Positions 1-9,492 of a stretch of DNA of 64,000 bases are shown here, in pieces. Position numbers and translations under genes: made by a program. Location of the stretch: contig JBDLIC010000001.1 of the NCBI GenBank assembly GCA_039715075.1, positions 3,501-67,500 on the forward strand, in the 5' to 3' direction. Positions within the stretch are counted from its first letter, which is position 1, and every line of letters starts with the position of its first letter. The notes under the pieces were generated by a model. That model saw only the letters and a program-made list of their open reading frames with translations. It was not told the origin of the DNA and did no database searches. Source of the stretch: Nitrospirota bacterium (GTDB lineage Bacteria; Nitrospirota; Thermodesulfovibrionia; UBA6902).

Positions 1-37
1 CGTAATATTTGCGGACCGGCCTTTTTTGTTTTCATTG

Positions 38-460
38 TCAGTGGTGTTTCGCAAAGGCTTCCTCAAGACCAATAAATTGATTCAGCTCATCCTTGATCTC
101 GGTAGCCACATCAGAGGTAGACAGAACTCCGACTACCTTTTTGTTATCACATACAGGGAGCCTGCGTATGACAGACTTGTTCATTAACCTTAAGGCATAA
201 TCAACATCCGCATCAGACCCTATTGTTACCAGTTCCTTTTTCATAATAGTTGAAGTAAAGGTTGTCTTCGGATCTTTGAAGTCTGCGGCCACGGCAAGGC
301 TTATGTCTCTGTCTGTTACTATCCCCTTCAGGTCCCAGCCGTCTTCACAAATCAGAATGGAACCAATGCTGTATTCCTTCATCTTCAGGGCAGCATCGTG
401 AAGCGTGGCTGTCGGCAGAACAGAAACAAACTCTTTATTCATTAACTCTCTTACCTTCAT
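38..460 (-). CDS. CBS domain-pair protein
   Basis: The ORF translation shows two CBS-like motifs (e.g. GIVTDRDI, GVLSTSDV). The ATG at 458-460 follows a GGAGGTG RBS. Confidence 0.7.
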   Translation of the reverse strand: MKVRELMNKEFVSVLPTATLHDAALKMKEYSIGSILICEDGWDLKGIVTDRDISLAVAADFKDPKTTFTSTIMKKELVTIGSDADVDYALRLMNKSVIRRLPVCDNKKVVGVLSTSDVATEIKDELNQFIGLEEAFAKHH

Positions 461-611
461 AACCAAATCACCTCCTTCTCCGTGAGACTATCCATGAGCA
501 ATCCCACGGGCACTGTTTTATATTTACAAGACCGATCCGCTTGCCTCTATGTCTTTTTTTCTCATCTTCCCTTTCACCAGCCCCCGAATGTCAGGGCTTT
601 CATTCACCTCC

Positions 612-658
612 CAATAAAAAAGCCGAAATTACCAGAGGTCATCCTCCGGCAACTCGGC
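612..658 (-). terminator. Intrinsic terminator-like hairpin plus U-tract inside the long leader upstream of the CBS gene
   Basis: On the minus strand the sequence reads GCCGAGUUGCCGGAGGAUGACCUCUGGUAAUUUCGGC followed by UUUUUUAUU. Confidence 0.45.
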
Positions 659-931
659 CATCTTATACTTCCTATAAGACCCGCCGCTTTCCGCCCCCTT
701 CTCACGAAGGGTTCGGCTTTTTCGGGAGAGTCTATGTCTATATATTTAACATATCACCATGTACTTCTCCTGTCAATGATTATTGTACATTGAAAAATCG
801 GGGACAAATCACTTATTTTAAGCATTCAGCTTAAGATAAGATTTCTTAATATTTTTATTGATGTGCAAAGGTGCTGAAAGGGTTCTGAGTAACGAGACCG
901 AATTTTGTTCAAAAATCGCCCCAACAGTACA

Positions 932-1129
932 TTAAACCATTTCTGATTTATCTGAATCTTTTTCAGTAAAAAAACGCATGAGAAATTCCGCGTCTTTTGG
1001 CGGCAAATCAAATTTCAGACAGGCATCGCCGATCAATCCGGACAGGCCGGTTCCAGGATTATCGGAACGCTCATCGGATATCCATTTGACGGCCTTTCTC
1101 AACTGTTCACCCTCGGGAATAATAGTCAT
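932..1129 (-). CDS. small hypothetical protein
   Basis: A 65-aa ORF preceded by an AAAGGAG RBS. Confidence 0.5.
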   Translation of the reverse strand: MTIIPEGEQLRKAVKWISDERSDNPGTGLSGLIGDACLKFDLPPKDAEFLMRFFTEKDSDKSEMV

Positions 1130-1301
1130 TATATTTCTCCTTTAATAACGCTGTTGGGTTATACACTTATAAAATGTTAATTGTAACCGGCAATGTTTTG
1201 CAACTGAAGAACAGCTATTCATCATTTACTTAAGGGAATTTTAAGGTAAATTTGCAAAAAAAAATCCCTGGCGTTGCGAAAGGCGCCGGGGATTCTCGGG
1301 A

Positions 1302-1787
1302 TCAGTGGATCGCTATCTTTTTGTGTTTCTTTTCAGATTCATTAATCGGGATCCTTACTTCGAGAACTCCATCCTCAAAGTGTGCTTTGATCTTTTCAAC
1401 ATCCATATCGCCGGGCATTTCAAACCTGCGGATGAATGAACCGAATGAACGCTCACACCTGCAGTAGTTTTCTCTCTCAAATTTATCTTTTCTCTTCTTT
1501 TCACCGGAGAGTGTCAGAATGTTTTCGCTAAGGTCAATCTTGATATCGTCCTTCTTGACTCCAGGAAGATCGATATTCATGACAATTTCACCGCCTTCCT
1601 TGAAAAGATCAACGCTCGGTGAAATCTCATAACGATCGTCCGTGCGGCGGTCAGTCCAGATCGATGGACCAAACAGTGAAAATGGTCTTTTCCATGACTC
1701 TTCAAACCAATGTTCCATATCATAGAATGGATCCAGATATCCGGGGCTTTCCCGCGTAACCAGTTTCTTTAATCCTTGGGCTGTCAT
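1302..1787 (-). CDS. Hsp20/alpha-crystallin family small heat-shock protein
   Basis: The translation carries the alpha-crystallin domain signature (…GVLEVRIP…). Confidence 0.85.
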   Translation of the reverse strand: MTAQGLKKLVTRESPGYLDPFYDMEHWFEESWKRPFSLFGPSIWTDRRTDDRYEISPSVDLFKEGGEIVMNIDLPGVKKDDIKIDLSENILTLSGEKKRKDKFERENYCRCERSFGSFIRRFEMPGDMDVEKIKAHFEDGVLEVRIPINESEKKHKKIAIH

Positions 1788-2443
1788 AATTCACACCCCC
1801 TTTCAGGAAGATATTTTCTCTCCTCCTAATTTTATTGTATACCTGATTTGCCGATAGTGCAACGATTATTTATCTTTATATTCTATATAGTTAAGCAGCC
1901 CATTTTAAGTGCCGCAGTGCAACAGTTCAACAGAGCAAAAGAGCGACGTATGTATTATGAACCGGGCTTAATATGATCCAGATCATATCAATTAATATGT
2001 ATCAGAGATAAAAAAAGAATAAACTATTTGCTGGTTTTAAAGACTGCATTTCTGACTGACCGGTAAGGGAGGTATGATTATGATTAAGGTGAAAACATTT
2101 ACGAACGAGTTGAAAATTTTACATGCAATGAATGAGCTGGAAGAACTGGATAATCAGGTCAACCGGTTTATCCGGGAAAGCAGCGTGGAGAAAGTCGTTT
2201 CTGTCTCGGACTCCTGTACGACCGGTGACGGCAGCACGATCGGAATAATCAGGGTACTGACCTACAAAGAGTCGAAACCGGCTGTTAAATAGTTACTCTT
2301 AGCTCCATGCAGAAAGGTTAAAAGATCAAAAAAAAAACAGCACAGAAGCGAGGACATTCCGGAATGTTAGTATCGCAAGTCAGAGTGTACCTGACAAGAT
2401 GGAGCATCCCGCTTTCTTCAAGGAGTAAGAAAGGAGGGTCAAA

Positions 2444-2869
2444 ATGACAAGCCTGACAAAAGAGAAGTTAATTGAATTATTAAACAGCGACCTTGCACTT
2501 GAGTATACTGCAATAGTTCAGTATACCCAGCATCAGGGTGTTTTAAAGGGCGCCATGTACCAGAGTATACAAAAAGAATTAATAATTCATGCCCAGGAGG
2601 AATTACAGCATGCAACAACCCTGGCCGCACAGATTGATTATTTGGGGGGGGTGCCTTCAGTTGATGTGCCATCGGCAAAGATCTCCAGTGATAACGTTAC
2701 AATGCTTCAGCAGGACCTTGATGGTGAGAATGATGCCATAGCACGTTACATAGCAAGGATAAGGCAGTCCGAAGAATTAGATCTTTACCATCTTGCTCAG
2801 CAGTTGAGAAATATACTAGCTATGGAACAGGAGCATGCAATGGACCTGGAGCAGGCACTGGGTAAATAA
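2444..2869 (+). CDS. bacterioferritin-like (ferritin-like di-iron) protein
   Basis: It has E-x-x-H di-iron motifs (EELQHA, EQEH) and a Bfr-like N-terminus (LN..LALE..AI.QY). Confidence 0.7.
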   Translation: MTSLTKEKLIELLNSDLALEYTAIVQYTQHQGVLKGAMYQSIQKELIIHAQEELQHATTLAAQIDYLGGVPSVDVPSAKISSDNVTMLQQDLDGENDAIARYIARIRQSEELDLYHLAQQLRNILAMEQEHAMDLEQALGK

Positions 2870-2955
2870 ATTTTAAAAACCGGAGAACTTAAAACCATTA
2901 ATCTCTGCAACAGCAGATCTGTATCCGAGAGGAGACAGCTTTCCTAAAGTCGTGA

Positions 2956-3192
2956 AGCAGCTTACGTCGAAAACCCCTCAAAAAACTTGTTCTCGCAGTT
3001 CCCGTAGCACCTCCGGAAACAATCGAATCCTTGCAAAAAGACGTTGATGACCTGCTCTGCCTGAGTACCCCGGCATTCTTCAGGGCTATTGGCATGCATT
3101 ACGTTGATTTCGAACAAACTACTGACGAGAAGGTTATTGAACTGCTTGATCTTGCAAGGGACCGGGTTTCATCAGACACAACAAAAGAATAA
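2956..3192 (+). pseudogene. C-terminal remnant of a phosphoribosyltransferase-like protein (no start codon)
   Basis: An open frame, SSLRRKPLKKLVLAVPVAPPETIESLQKDVDDLLCLSTPAFFRAIGMHYVDFEQTTDEKVIELL…, matches the conserved C-terminus of PRTase-family proteins. It begins directly after an in-frame TGA and has no plausible start. Confidence 0.5.
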
Positions 3193-3272
3193 ATTGATGG
3201 TTGAAAATTGAAGTGATATAAATATCTGTTTTTACTTATATGCAGGATAATGGGCATACTTAGAAGTGTCTG

Positions 3273-3713
3273 CTATCGCTTTTCTTCAGCAAGTGTTTTT
3301 ATACCGAGTATTGAACTCCATATATCATCATGCTCTTCTTCGTCTTTTACAATGTCGATAAGCAGCTGACGTGTTACCGGATCATCCAGTTTATCCGCCA
3401 GTTTTATGTGATTTTTATATTGCTTGATGGCCACCCTCTCTCCGGCAAGGTCATCCTGGATCATCTTTTTCAATTTCCCCCCCATTTTTATCTTATGGGG
3501 TTTGGCTGCAGGAGTTCCTCCCAGATATACTATCCTTTCAGCAAAGGCTTCCGCATGCTTCATCTCCACCATGGAAATGTTCCTGAATATTTCCTTGATC
3601 TCAGGACTTTCCATTCCCACTGCCATAACATGATGCCACATATATTGTGTTATTGCACCAAGCTCAAGGGCAAGATCAGAATTTAATGCGGCAATTAATT
3701 TTTCGTTAGCTAT
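3273..3713 (-). CDS. bacterioferritin-like protein (non-ATG start)
   Basis: The listed ORF is extended upstream in frame to …KGEVTIANEKLIAALNSDLALELGAITQYMWHH…, which gives a Bfr-type N-terminus. There is no ATG/GTG/TTG. An AAGGGGAGG RBS sits 5 nt before an ATA codon. Confidence 0.6.
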   Translation of the reverse strand: MANEKLIAALNSDLALELGAITQYMWHHVMAVGMESPEIKEIFRNISMVEMKHAEAFAERIVYLGGTPAAKPHKIKMGGKLKKMIQDDLAGERVAIKQYKNHIKLADKLDDPVTRQLLIDIVKDEEEHDDIWSSILGIKTLAEEKR

Positions 3714-3740
3714 GGTAACCTCCCCTTTGAATTAAATAGT

Positions 3741-4145
3741 TTATTTTTCTGTATCAGTATGCGGAGCGTGCCTGAAATCGACTATTCTGTCTACTTTTAC
3801 TGTCAATTTTCTCTCGACCTGCGGGACAGGCGCTTTGCTTTCTATCTCCGGAGCATACCCGTTGAGCATATGAAGCTCCTGCACCTCTTCACAATTGCCG
3901 AGCAACTGATATCCTGTGTCTGTTTTTGCGTCCCAGACCACAAGAGTTACATATTTATTGACAGCTAAATTGTCCACAGTAACCGGACAAAACCATGATG
4001 TGACTTCCACCTGTCCGTTGGGAGCAAGTTTTATTTTTCCTGCGGCAGCCATGTGGGGTAATCCTGATGCATCAGCAGTCGCTACGAATACATGACCCAA
4101 TTTTTCAGAAAGTGATACGACTTGTTTGAGCGTTTCCAGACTCAC
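3741..4145 (-). CDS. pyridoxamine 5'-phosphate oxidase-like FMN-binding family protein
   Basis: The ORF is 134 aa, and the PNPOx-like split-barrel call rests on overall composition rather than a specific motif. Confidence 0.5.
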   Translation of the reverse strand: MSLETLKQVVSLSEKLGHVFVATADASGLPHMAAAGKIKLAPNGQVEVTSWFCPVTVDNLAVNKYVTLVVWDAKTDTGYQLLGNCEEVQELHMLNGYAPEIESKAPVPQVERKLTVKVDRIVDFRHAPHTDTEK

Positions 4146-4509
4146 TCAATAAAACTCCTTTCTATTCCGGTGTCGGTTCGATACAAAGCACGCTATAATC
4201 AAATCACATGTATTAGTAAGAATATTATCATAAAATAAGAATTATTCAATGAAAAAATATGGGCAGATGAACACCCCCTGAAAATCTCCCTGCAGTTAAA
4301 CATAAAATACAGCCCGTCTTTCTTTTGACCGTTAAAAAGAGCTTATTAATTAGGGGCTTACAGACACTTGACAAGCGTTTTTATTTTGCTAAAATTTGTA
4401 TACGATATAATGACTTTTTATATGATTTTTATCATAGCCAATTTATTAAAACGACCATAATCTGAAATATGCTATTCATATTTTATATGAATACACGCAT
4501 AAAATAGTA

Positions 4510-5007
4510 ATGATAACAGGCAAAGAAGATTTACTGGCAGCGCTTAGTGAAGCATTTCTGATGGAGAAGGGCACAAAGGTTTTTTATACGGAAGCGGCTG
4601 AAAAGGCAGTCAATACTGAAGCCCAAAAAACTTTTACATGTCTTTCGGAATGGGAAGGGAAACATATGGATTTTATCCTGTTCCTCTACCGGGCAATTCA
4701 TGATGACAGAGATATAATGACTTATGAGGACTTTAAGAATAAAGCCGACGCGACCGTGACGGAAGCGGGAATTCCCATAAAAGACCTTGAGGCAAAGATA
4801 GAAAAATATTCCGTTACAGATGAATTGGGGGCGCTGACCCTGGCAATGGAGATTGAGGGCAAGGCATATAATATGTATCGCAGACTTTCCCGGTCTGCCG
4901 AAGATAAAAACGCAGGGATTGTATTTAATGAAATGATGGAACAGGAAGTCAAGCATGTTAATTACTTAAAAAAACTGAGAGTCAAACTCGCAAATATATA
5001 TGAATAA
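4510..5007 (+). CDS. rubrerythrin-family ferritin-like protein (no rubredoxin domain)
   Basis: It has E-x-x-H pairs (EWEGKH, EQEVKH). The upstream promoter reads TTGACA…TAAAAT. Confidence 0.65.
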   Translation: MITGKEDLLAALSEAFLMEKGTKVFYTEAAEKAVNTEAQKTFTCLSEWEGKHMDFILFLYRAIHDDRDIMTYEDFKNKADATVTEAGIPIKDLEAKIEKYSVTDELGALTLAMEIEGKAYNMYRRLSRSAEDKNAGIVFNEMMEQEVKHVNYLKKLRVKLANIYE

Positions 5008-5195
5008 AATCTTAAAAGAAGAACTTGTCGACAGGGAAGACCAAACCATTATCAACAGCATGCCTTTCAACTCCGCTGCTTTTATCGTAGACTAATCTCA
5101 GTTAATGAATTTATTTTCTTTCACTTATATGATTCATGTCATTATGGAAATGCCTGTTTTAGGGTATAATTTCATATATATCAAAAGGTGATATC

Positions 5196-5630
5196 ATGAG
5201 CGAATCTATTCATATCGTATGCCAGCACTGCAACAGCACGAATAATGTTCCGGAAAAAAAGATCACAGATAACCCAAAGTGCGGCAAGTGTAAAAAACTG
5301 CTGCTCAATACAGACCCCCTGGAGCTATCAAGTATCAGTTTCTACAAGCATATAAACAATAACCACATTCCTATTCTGGTAGATTTCTGGGCTTCCTGGT
5401 GCGGACCCTGTAAAATGATGGCGCCTGTTCTTGAAAAGGCCGCAGTTGAACTTCATCCCCGGATGAGGGTCGCAAAACTTAATACCGAATCAGAGCAGAG
5501 CATTGCCGCCAGCTATAATATCAGGAGCATACCCACAATGATTATTTTCAAAAGAGGACGGGAAATCGCCAGACAGTCCGGGGCAGTTGATCTGGCAAGC
5601 CTGATGCAGTGGGTAGAGGGACATATTTGA
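5196..5630 (+). CDS. trxC: thioredoxin 2 (N-terminal zinc finger plus WCGPC active site)
   Basis: It has CxxC…CxxC at the N-terminus and a WCGPC catalytic motif. Confidence 0.85.
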   Translation: MSESIHIVCQHCNSTNNVPEKKITDNPKCGKCKKLLLNTDPLELSSISFYKHINNNHIPILVDFWASWCGPCKMMAPVLEKAAVELHPRMRVAKLNTESEQSIAASYNIRSIPTMIIFKRGREIARQSGAVDLASLMQWVEGHI

Positions 5631-5673
5631 GCAGCACAAAACACTAAAGAAAATTTAATCGCTATGAACATAT

Positions 5674-7038
5674 TCAGACTTTTAGTTCTTTCCACCGCCC
5701 CTTTCTGAAACGTATTGTCATAACAATACCCTGAAAGTGCATAGATATAACCATGGCAATCCAGACACCAACTGCGCCGTAGCCGGCAGTGACAGCGAGC
5801 AGATACGCGAGCGGCAGACGGACTATCCATAGAGTGCTTACTATGACGATCATAGTACCTTTTGTATCTCCCGCCCCCTGGAGGCATCCTCCAAGAATAA
5901 GGCTGACTGCCATCAGAGGTTCGGAGAGCATCATGATCCTGAGATACCGGGCCGTCTCATCAAGAACATGACTGTCCTTTGCAACAATAGAAGAAACTTC
6001 AGCTGCCCATATAAACACAGGCAGCGCCATAAGGGTGACAAACGCAACCCCTGAATAAGATATTTTCCAGCCGATCCTCTCTGCCCTCCCGGGGAACCCT
6101 GCACCCAGATTCTGGCCGGTAAGCACGGACGCAGCCATGTTAAGAGCAAATATCGGGAGATATATCAGCGCCTCGATTCTGAGTCCGCTGGTAAGCGCCG
6201 CCATTGCGGTTATGCTCCCCTCCTGAAGACGGCCGAGGATGTTGTATAAAACGATATTGCCGGTGTTCCATGACACCTGGAGAAGGGCCGCGGGCCAGCT
6301 TAAATAAAATATCTTCCTGACCATATCAGCAGATACGTGCCAGTCTCCTGAAAATATATTTTTCCACCGGCTCCTCCTGAACAGAAAAATGCATATTATC
6401 ATACCTGCGGTCATGGCTATCGCGGTCGAATACGCAATTCCCCTGTACCCAAGCCCTTTAAAAGAAAAGATTCCGAAGACCAGAAGAAAATCGAGCAGAA
6501 TATTGATTACACTTACAAAGAACATCGCTGCAAGGGTAAGCTTCACCTCACCGCCAGAACGGAAGACCGCGTTTGAGATGATCACTATATAATTCGGGAC
6601 AAGGGCAACGGCAAATATCACAAAGAACTCCCCTGCAATTCCACTGATATCTCCGGAAAATCCTGCGAGGGTTATAAGCCTCTCATGAAACATAATTCCC
6701 GCTGCCATCAGGGCGAGGGCACATGCAGCCCCGAAGATCAGTGACTGTCTCGCCGTTGAGAGGGCGCTTCTGAAATCACCGGAGCCCACAGCCCTGGAAA
6801 GCATTGCCACGGTTCCTATGCTTATTGCATTAGCAACAATAATGATGAAAAAATAGAGTTCGCCGACAAAGCCTACTATGGCCTGAATTTCAGGGCCGAG
6901 AAATCCTGCCACATAAATATCGGTAAGACCCACAAGGAAATTTAAAAACATAACAAGCAGCATGGACCATGACATATGCCATATGTTCCTCCATGTACTT
7001 CCAGTTGTAAGATCTACCGCCGCTCCCTGCTTGTTCAC
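5674..7038 (-). CDS. MATE family efflux transporter
   Basis: The 454-aa product is a multi-TM protein with a MATE-like 12-TM repeat layout. Confidence 0.8.
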   Translation of the reverse strand: MNKQGAAVDLTTGSTWRNIWHMSWSMLLVMFLNFLVGLTDIYVAGFLGPEIQAIVGFVGELYFFIIIVANAISIGTVAMLSRAVGSGDFRSALSTARQSLIFGAACALALMAAGIMFHERLITLAGFSGDISGIAGEFFVIFAVALVPNYIVIISNAVFRSGGEVKLTLAAMFFVSVINILLDFLLVFGIFSFKGLGYRGIAYSTAIAMTAGMIICIFLFRRSRWKNIFSGDWHVSADMVRKIFYLSWPAALLQVSWNTGNIVLYNILGRLQEGSITAMAALTSGLRIEALIYLPIFALNMAASVLTGQNLGAGFPGRAERIGWKISYSGVAFVTLMALPVFIWAAEVSSIVAKDSHVLDETARYLRIMMLSEPLMAVSLILGGCLQGAGDTKGTMIVIVSTLWIVRLPLAYLLAVTAGYGAVGVWIAMVISMHFQGIVMTIRFRKGRWKELKV

Positions 7039-7212
7039 TTTGTCCTCCTCCTGTTACCGTTTCATTATATATTGATGCACTGCATTTGGTAAAAGGACCT
7101 GCAAGATCCATGATGTAGGGGCAGGTCTTGCGCCTGCCCTTTTTCAACCCTTCTCATAAGCCTTGAGCCTGGAGAAAATCCATGATATTATTCATTTAAG
7201 GGAGAAGTCTGA

Positions 7213-7968
7213 ATGTCGCATAAACATAAACACGGCCATCATCACGAAAGGATATCAAAAAGCAGGGAGTGGATGAAGACTCATAAGGACACTGACCGTG
7301 ACTCGTCTGCCAGAGATGCAAAACCAAAACTGGAGTTAGTCCTGAAGTGCGATTCTGCGGGAAGCATTGAGGCAGCCGCTGCCGCTATTTTGAATATAGC
7401 CAACGATGGAATTGATATAAATATCATAAACAGCGGAGTCGGCAATATAAATCATTCAGATATCTTAATGGCAAAAACAGGCAGCAGGCTCATAGCCGGT
7501 TTTCAGGTGAATGTGCTGCCGGGGATAGAAAAGGAACTGGATGAACACAATGTAGAAGTACGTCTTTATGACGTGATCTATGCATTAACCGCCGATATAG
7601 GAAACATAACGCAGAGCATAGCTCCCCATATTCCGGAGGAAGAAATTACGGGTACTGCCAAAGTAATAACCCTTTTTAAAAGCGTCCGCAAGGGGATCAT
7701 TATAGGTTGTGAAGTGTTAGAAGGCCAATTGTCTGTTCATAAACATTTCCGTATCATTTCCGCCATGGGCCCGGTTTATTCCGGCTCTATAGAATCCATG
7801 CATATAGAAAGCGCTTCTGTCCAAAAAGCATCACCGGGACAGCAGGTGGGGATAAAAATACAGAATTTCAACAAAGCAAAAACAGGGGACATTGTAGAAT
7901 GCTACCGACCGGTTGCTGCCGGGAAAAGCAAGGCATGGCAGTCAACAGGAACTGTTATCAGAAAATAA
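7213..7968 (+). CDS. stand-alone IF2 C-terminal-domain protein with a His-rich N-terminus
   Basis: Residues around 40-250 align by eye with IF2 domains C1-C2 (LVLKCDSAGSIEA…GFQVNV…IIGCEVLEG…GDIVECY). There is no GTPase domain. The N-terminus reads MSHKHKHGHHH. Confidence 0.6.
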   Translation: MSHKHKHGHHHERISKSREWMKTHKDTDRDSSARDAKPKLELVLKCDSAGSIEAAAAAILNIANDGIDINIINSGVGNINHSDILMAKTGSRLIAGFQVNVLPGIEKELDEHNVEVRLYDVIYALTADIGNITQSIAPHIPEEEITGTAKVITLFKSVRKGIIIGCEVLEGQLSVHKHFRIISAMGPVYSGSIESMHIESASVQKASPGQQVGIKIQNFNKAKTGDIVECYRPVAAGKSKAWQSTGTVIRK

Positions 7969-8098
7969 ATTACCTCACTAATGACAATACAGTCTCTATT
8001 CCCCTCTTTAGCAAAGAGGGGCCAGGGGAGATTTTTTAAAGAAACTTTTCGTAAAATCCCCCTTAATCCCCCTTTTCCAAAGGGGGAGACTTGAAAGA
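7960..8098. repeat. MITE-like palindromic repeat (family A), long copy
   Basis: The copy contains ttcccctcttt.gcaaagaggggc.aggggagattttttaaagaaa…aaaatcccccttaatcccccttttccaaagggggagacttgaaag. It is nearly identical to the copy at 25345-25477. Confidence 0.7.
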
Positions 8099-8121
8099 AA
8101 CATTTTTCATATATTATCCCA

Positions 8122-8487
8122 CTATAACGTATTTAAAAACGCAATTAAATCCTGAATATCCTCTTCCGAAAGGTAAGTAAAAGAGGGCATTCTCTCGTAA
8201 GGCTCCAGCAGTTGTCTTTTAATATTTTCAGGAGTTGCCGGCCTTTTGCTGACCGGGAGTTTAGACTGCCTGAGTATCCCCGCCATACCGGGGCCGACGC
8301 GGTCTCCGCTTCCATCAAGGTCATGGCAGAATGCGCACTTCAGATTAAATAGTTTATCTCCCCTTGCAATACTTTCAGGGTCTGTCCGTACATTGGAGTG
8401 TATATCCCCTGTTTCAGTGGACATTTTGCAGGCAAAAACAGGCCAGACAATTAATACAGATAATATTGCGAGCTTCAGAATCTTCAT
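8122..8487 (-). CDS. class I c-type cytochrome (secreted)
   Basis: It has a signal peptide and a CAFCH haem-binding motif. Confidence 0.65.
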   Translation of the reverse strand: MKILKLAILSVLIVWPVFACKMSTETGDIHSNVRTDPESIARGDKLFNLKCAFCHDLDGSGDRVGPGMAGILRQSKLPVSKRPATPENIKRQLLEPYERMPSFTYLSEEDIQDLIAFLNTL

Positions 8488-8648
8488 TGTTATAATTGTA
8501 TCAAATGCTGCCCTTTTGTCCTAAAAAAAGATAAACGGAGAATGACGGATGAACAAAAAATGACGATTGACGAAGGAACAGATGAACAGAAAATAGCGAT
8601 TGTCGTTTTTTTTTACTTCGTAAATCGTAATTCGTCAATCGTCATTCG

Positions 8649-9488
8649 TCAATTTCTTTTTACAGGCTCTTTCCCTGTCTTGTTAATAGAGTATTGACCG
8701 GGGTCGCCAATAAAGGGCAAGACCAGCATCCACGGCAGCGTCAGCCGTCCGGCATCCCTGAACTGTGACAGTCCAATGGTCATTCCCTCATGTCCCGCAG
8801 CAGGCTGATCACGATAAGTGCCCATAAGGCGGTCCCACCACGGAATATTAAAACCGAAGTTGCTGTTTGTTTCCCTGATTGTTACTGAATGGTGGACCCT
8901 GTGCATATCCGGGGTAACAACAAAGAGTCTCAGTACCCTGTCAATATGTGCAGGCAAGCGAATATTTCCGTGGTTGAACATTGCCAGGGCATTGAGCAGA
9001 ATTTCAAATATGAGTACAGCCAGCACCGGCGCACCGAGCGCTGCGACTGAACCCATCTTTATTATCATGCTGAGGACCATCTCGATTGGATGAAAACGGA
9101 GGCCCGTTGTTACGTCATAATCAAGATCAGCGTGATGCATCATATGGAGACGCCAGAGAACAGGCACTGCATGGAACATAACATGCTGGAGATAGATAAT
9201 CATGTCCAGCAGTACGACACAGCCAATGACCGCAAACCACCCCGGAACGGCAAGATTGTTAAAAAGTCCCCACCCATTCTCCTGTGCCGTAAACGCGATA
9301 TTAATTGCCATAACAGGAAATACCGCACGCACCAGGAATGTATTTACAACAATAATTCCAAGATTGCTTACCCAGCGCACGGTCTTGGACGTGTTCAGGG
9401 TCCGGCGCGGCGACCTGATTTCCCAGATTGCCACAATGATAAAGATGCCGAGAAAAAAAACGAGTCTGACTAAAGCTTCATTTTCCAT
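8649..9488 (-). CDS. sterol desaturase/fatty-acid hydroxylase superfamily membrane protein
   Basis: It carries histidine boxes HVMFH, HMMHH and HRVHH. Confidence 0.75.
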   Translation of the reverse strand: MENEALVRLVFFLGIFIIVAIWEIRSPRRTLNTSKTVRWVSNLGIIVVNTFLVRAVFPVMAINIAFTAQENGWGLFNNLAVPGWFAVIGCVVLLDMIIYLQHVMFHAVPVLWRLHMMHHADLDYDVTTGLRFHPIEMVLSMIIKMGSVAALGAPVLAVLIFEILLNALAMFNHGNIRLPAHIDRVLRLFVVTPDMHRVHHSVTIRETNSNFGFNIPWWDRLMGTYRDQPAAGHEGMTIGLSQFRDAGRLTLPWMLVLPFIGDPGQYSINKTGKEPVKRN

Positions 9489-9492
9489 TTTA

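Noticed and set aside
482-834. Plus-strand ORFs of 103 and 97 aa upstream of the CBS gene
   Set aside because: They are low-complexity and proline/serine-rich, with no RBS. They lie in what reads as the minus-strand leader and terminator region, so they are almost certainly non-coding.
1840-1935. Sigma54 or CIRCE element upstream of hsp20
   Set aside because: Only loose matches were found (a duplicated AGTGCAAC motif and GGCAC…GCTGC). There is no convincing TGGCAC-N5-TTGCA or TTAGCACTC-N9-GAGTGCTAA element.
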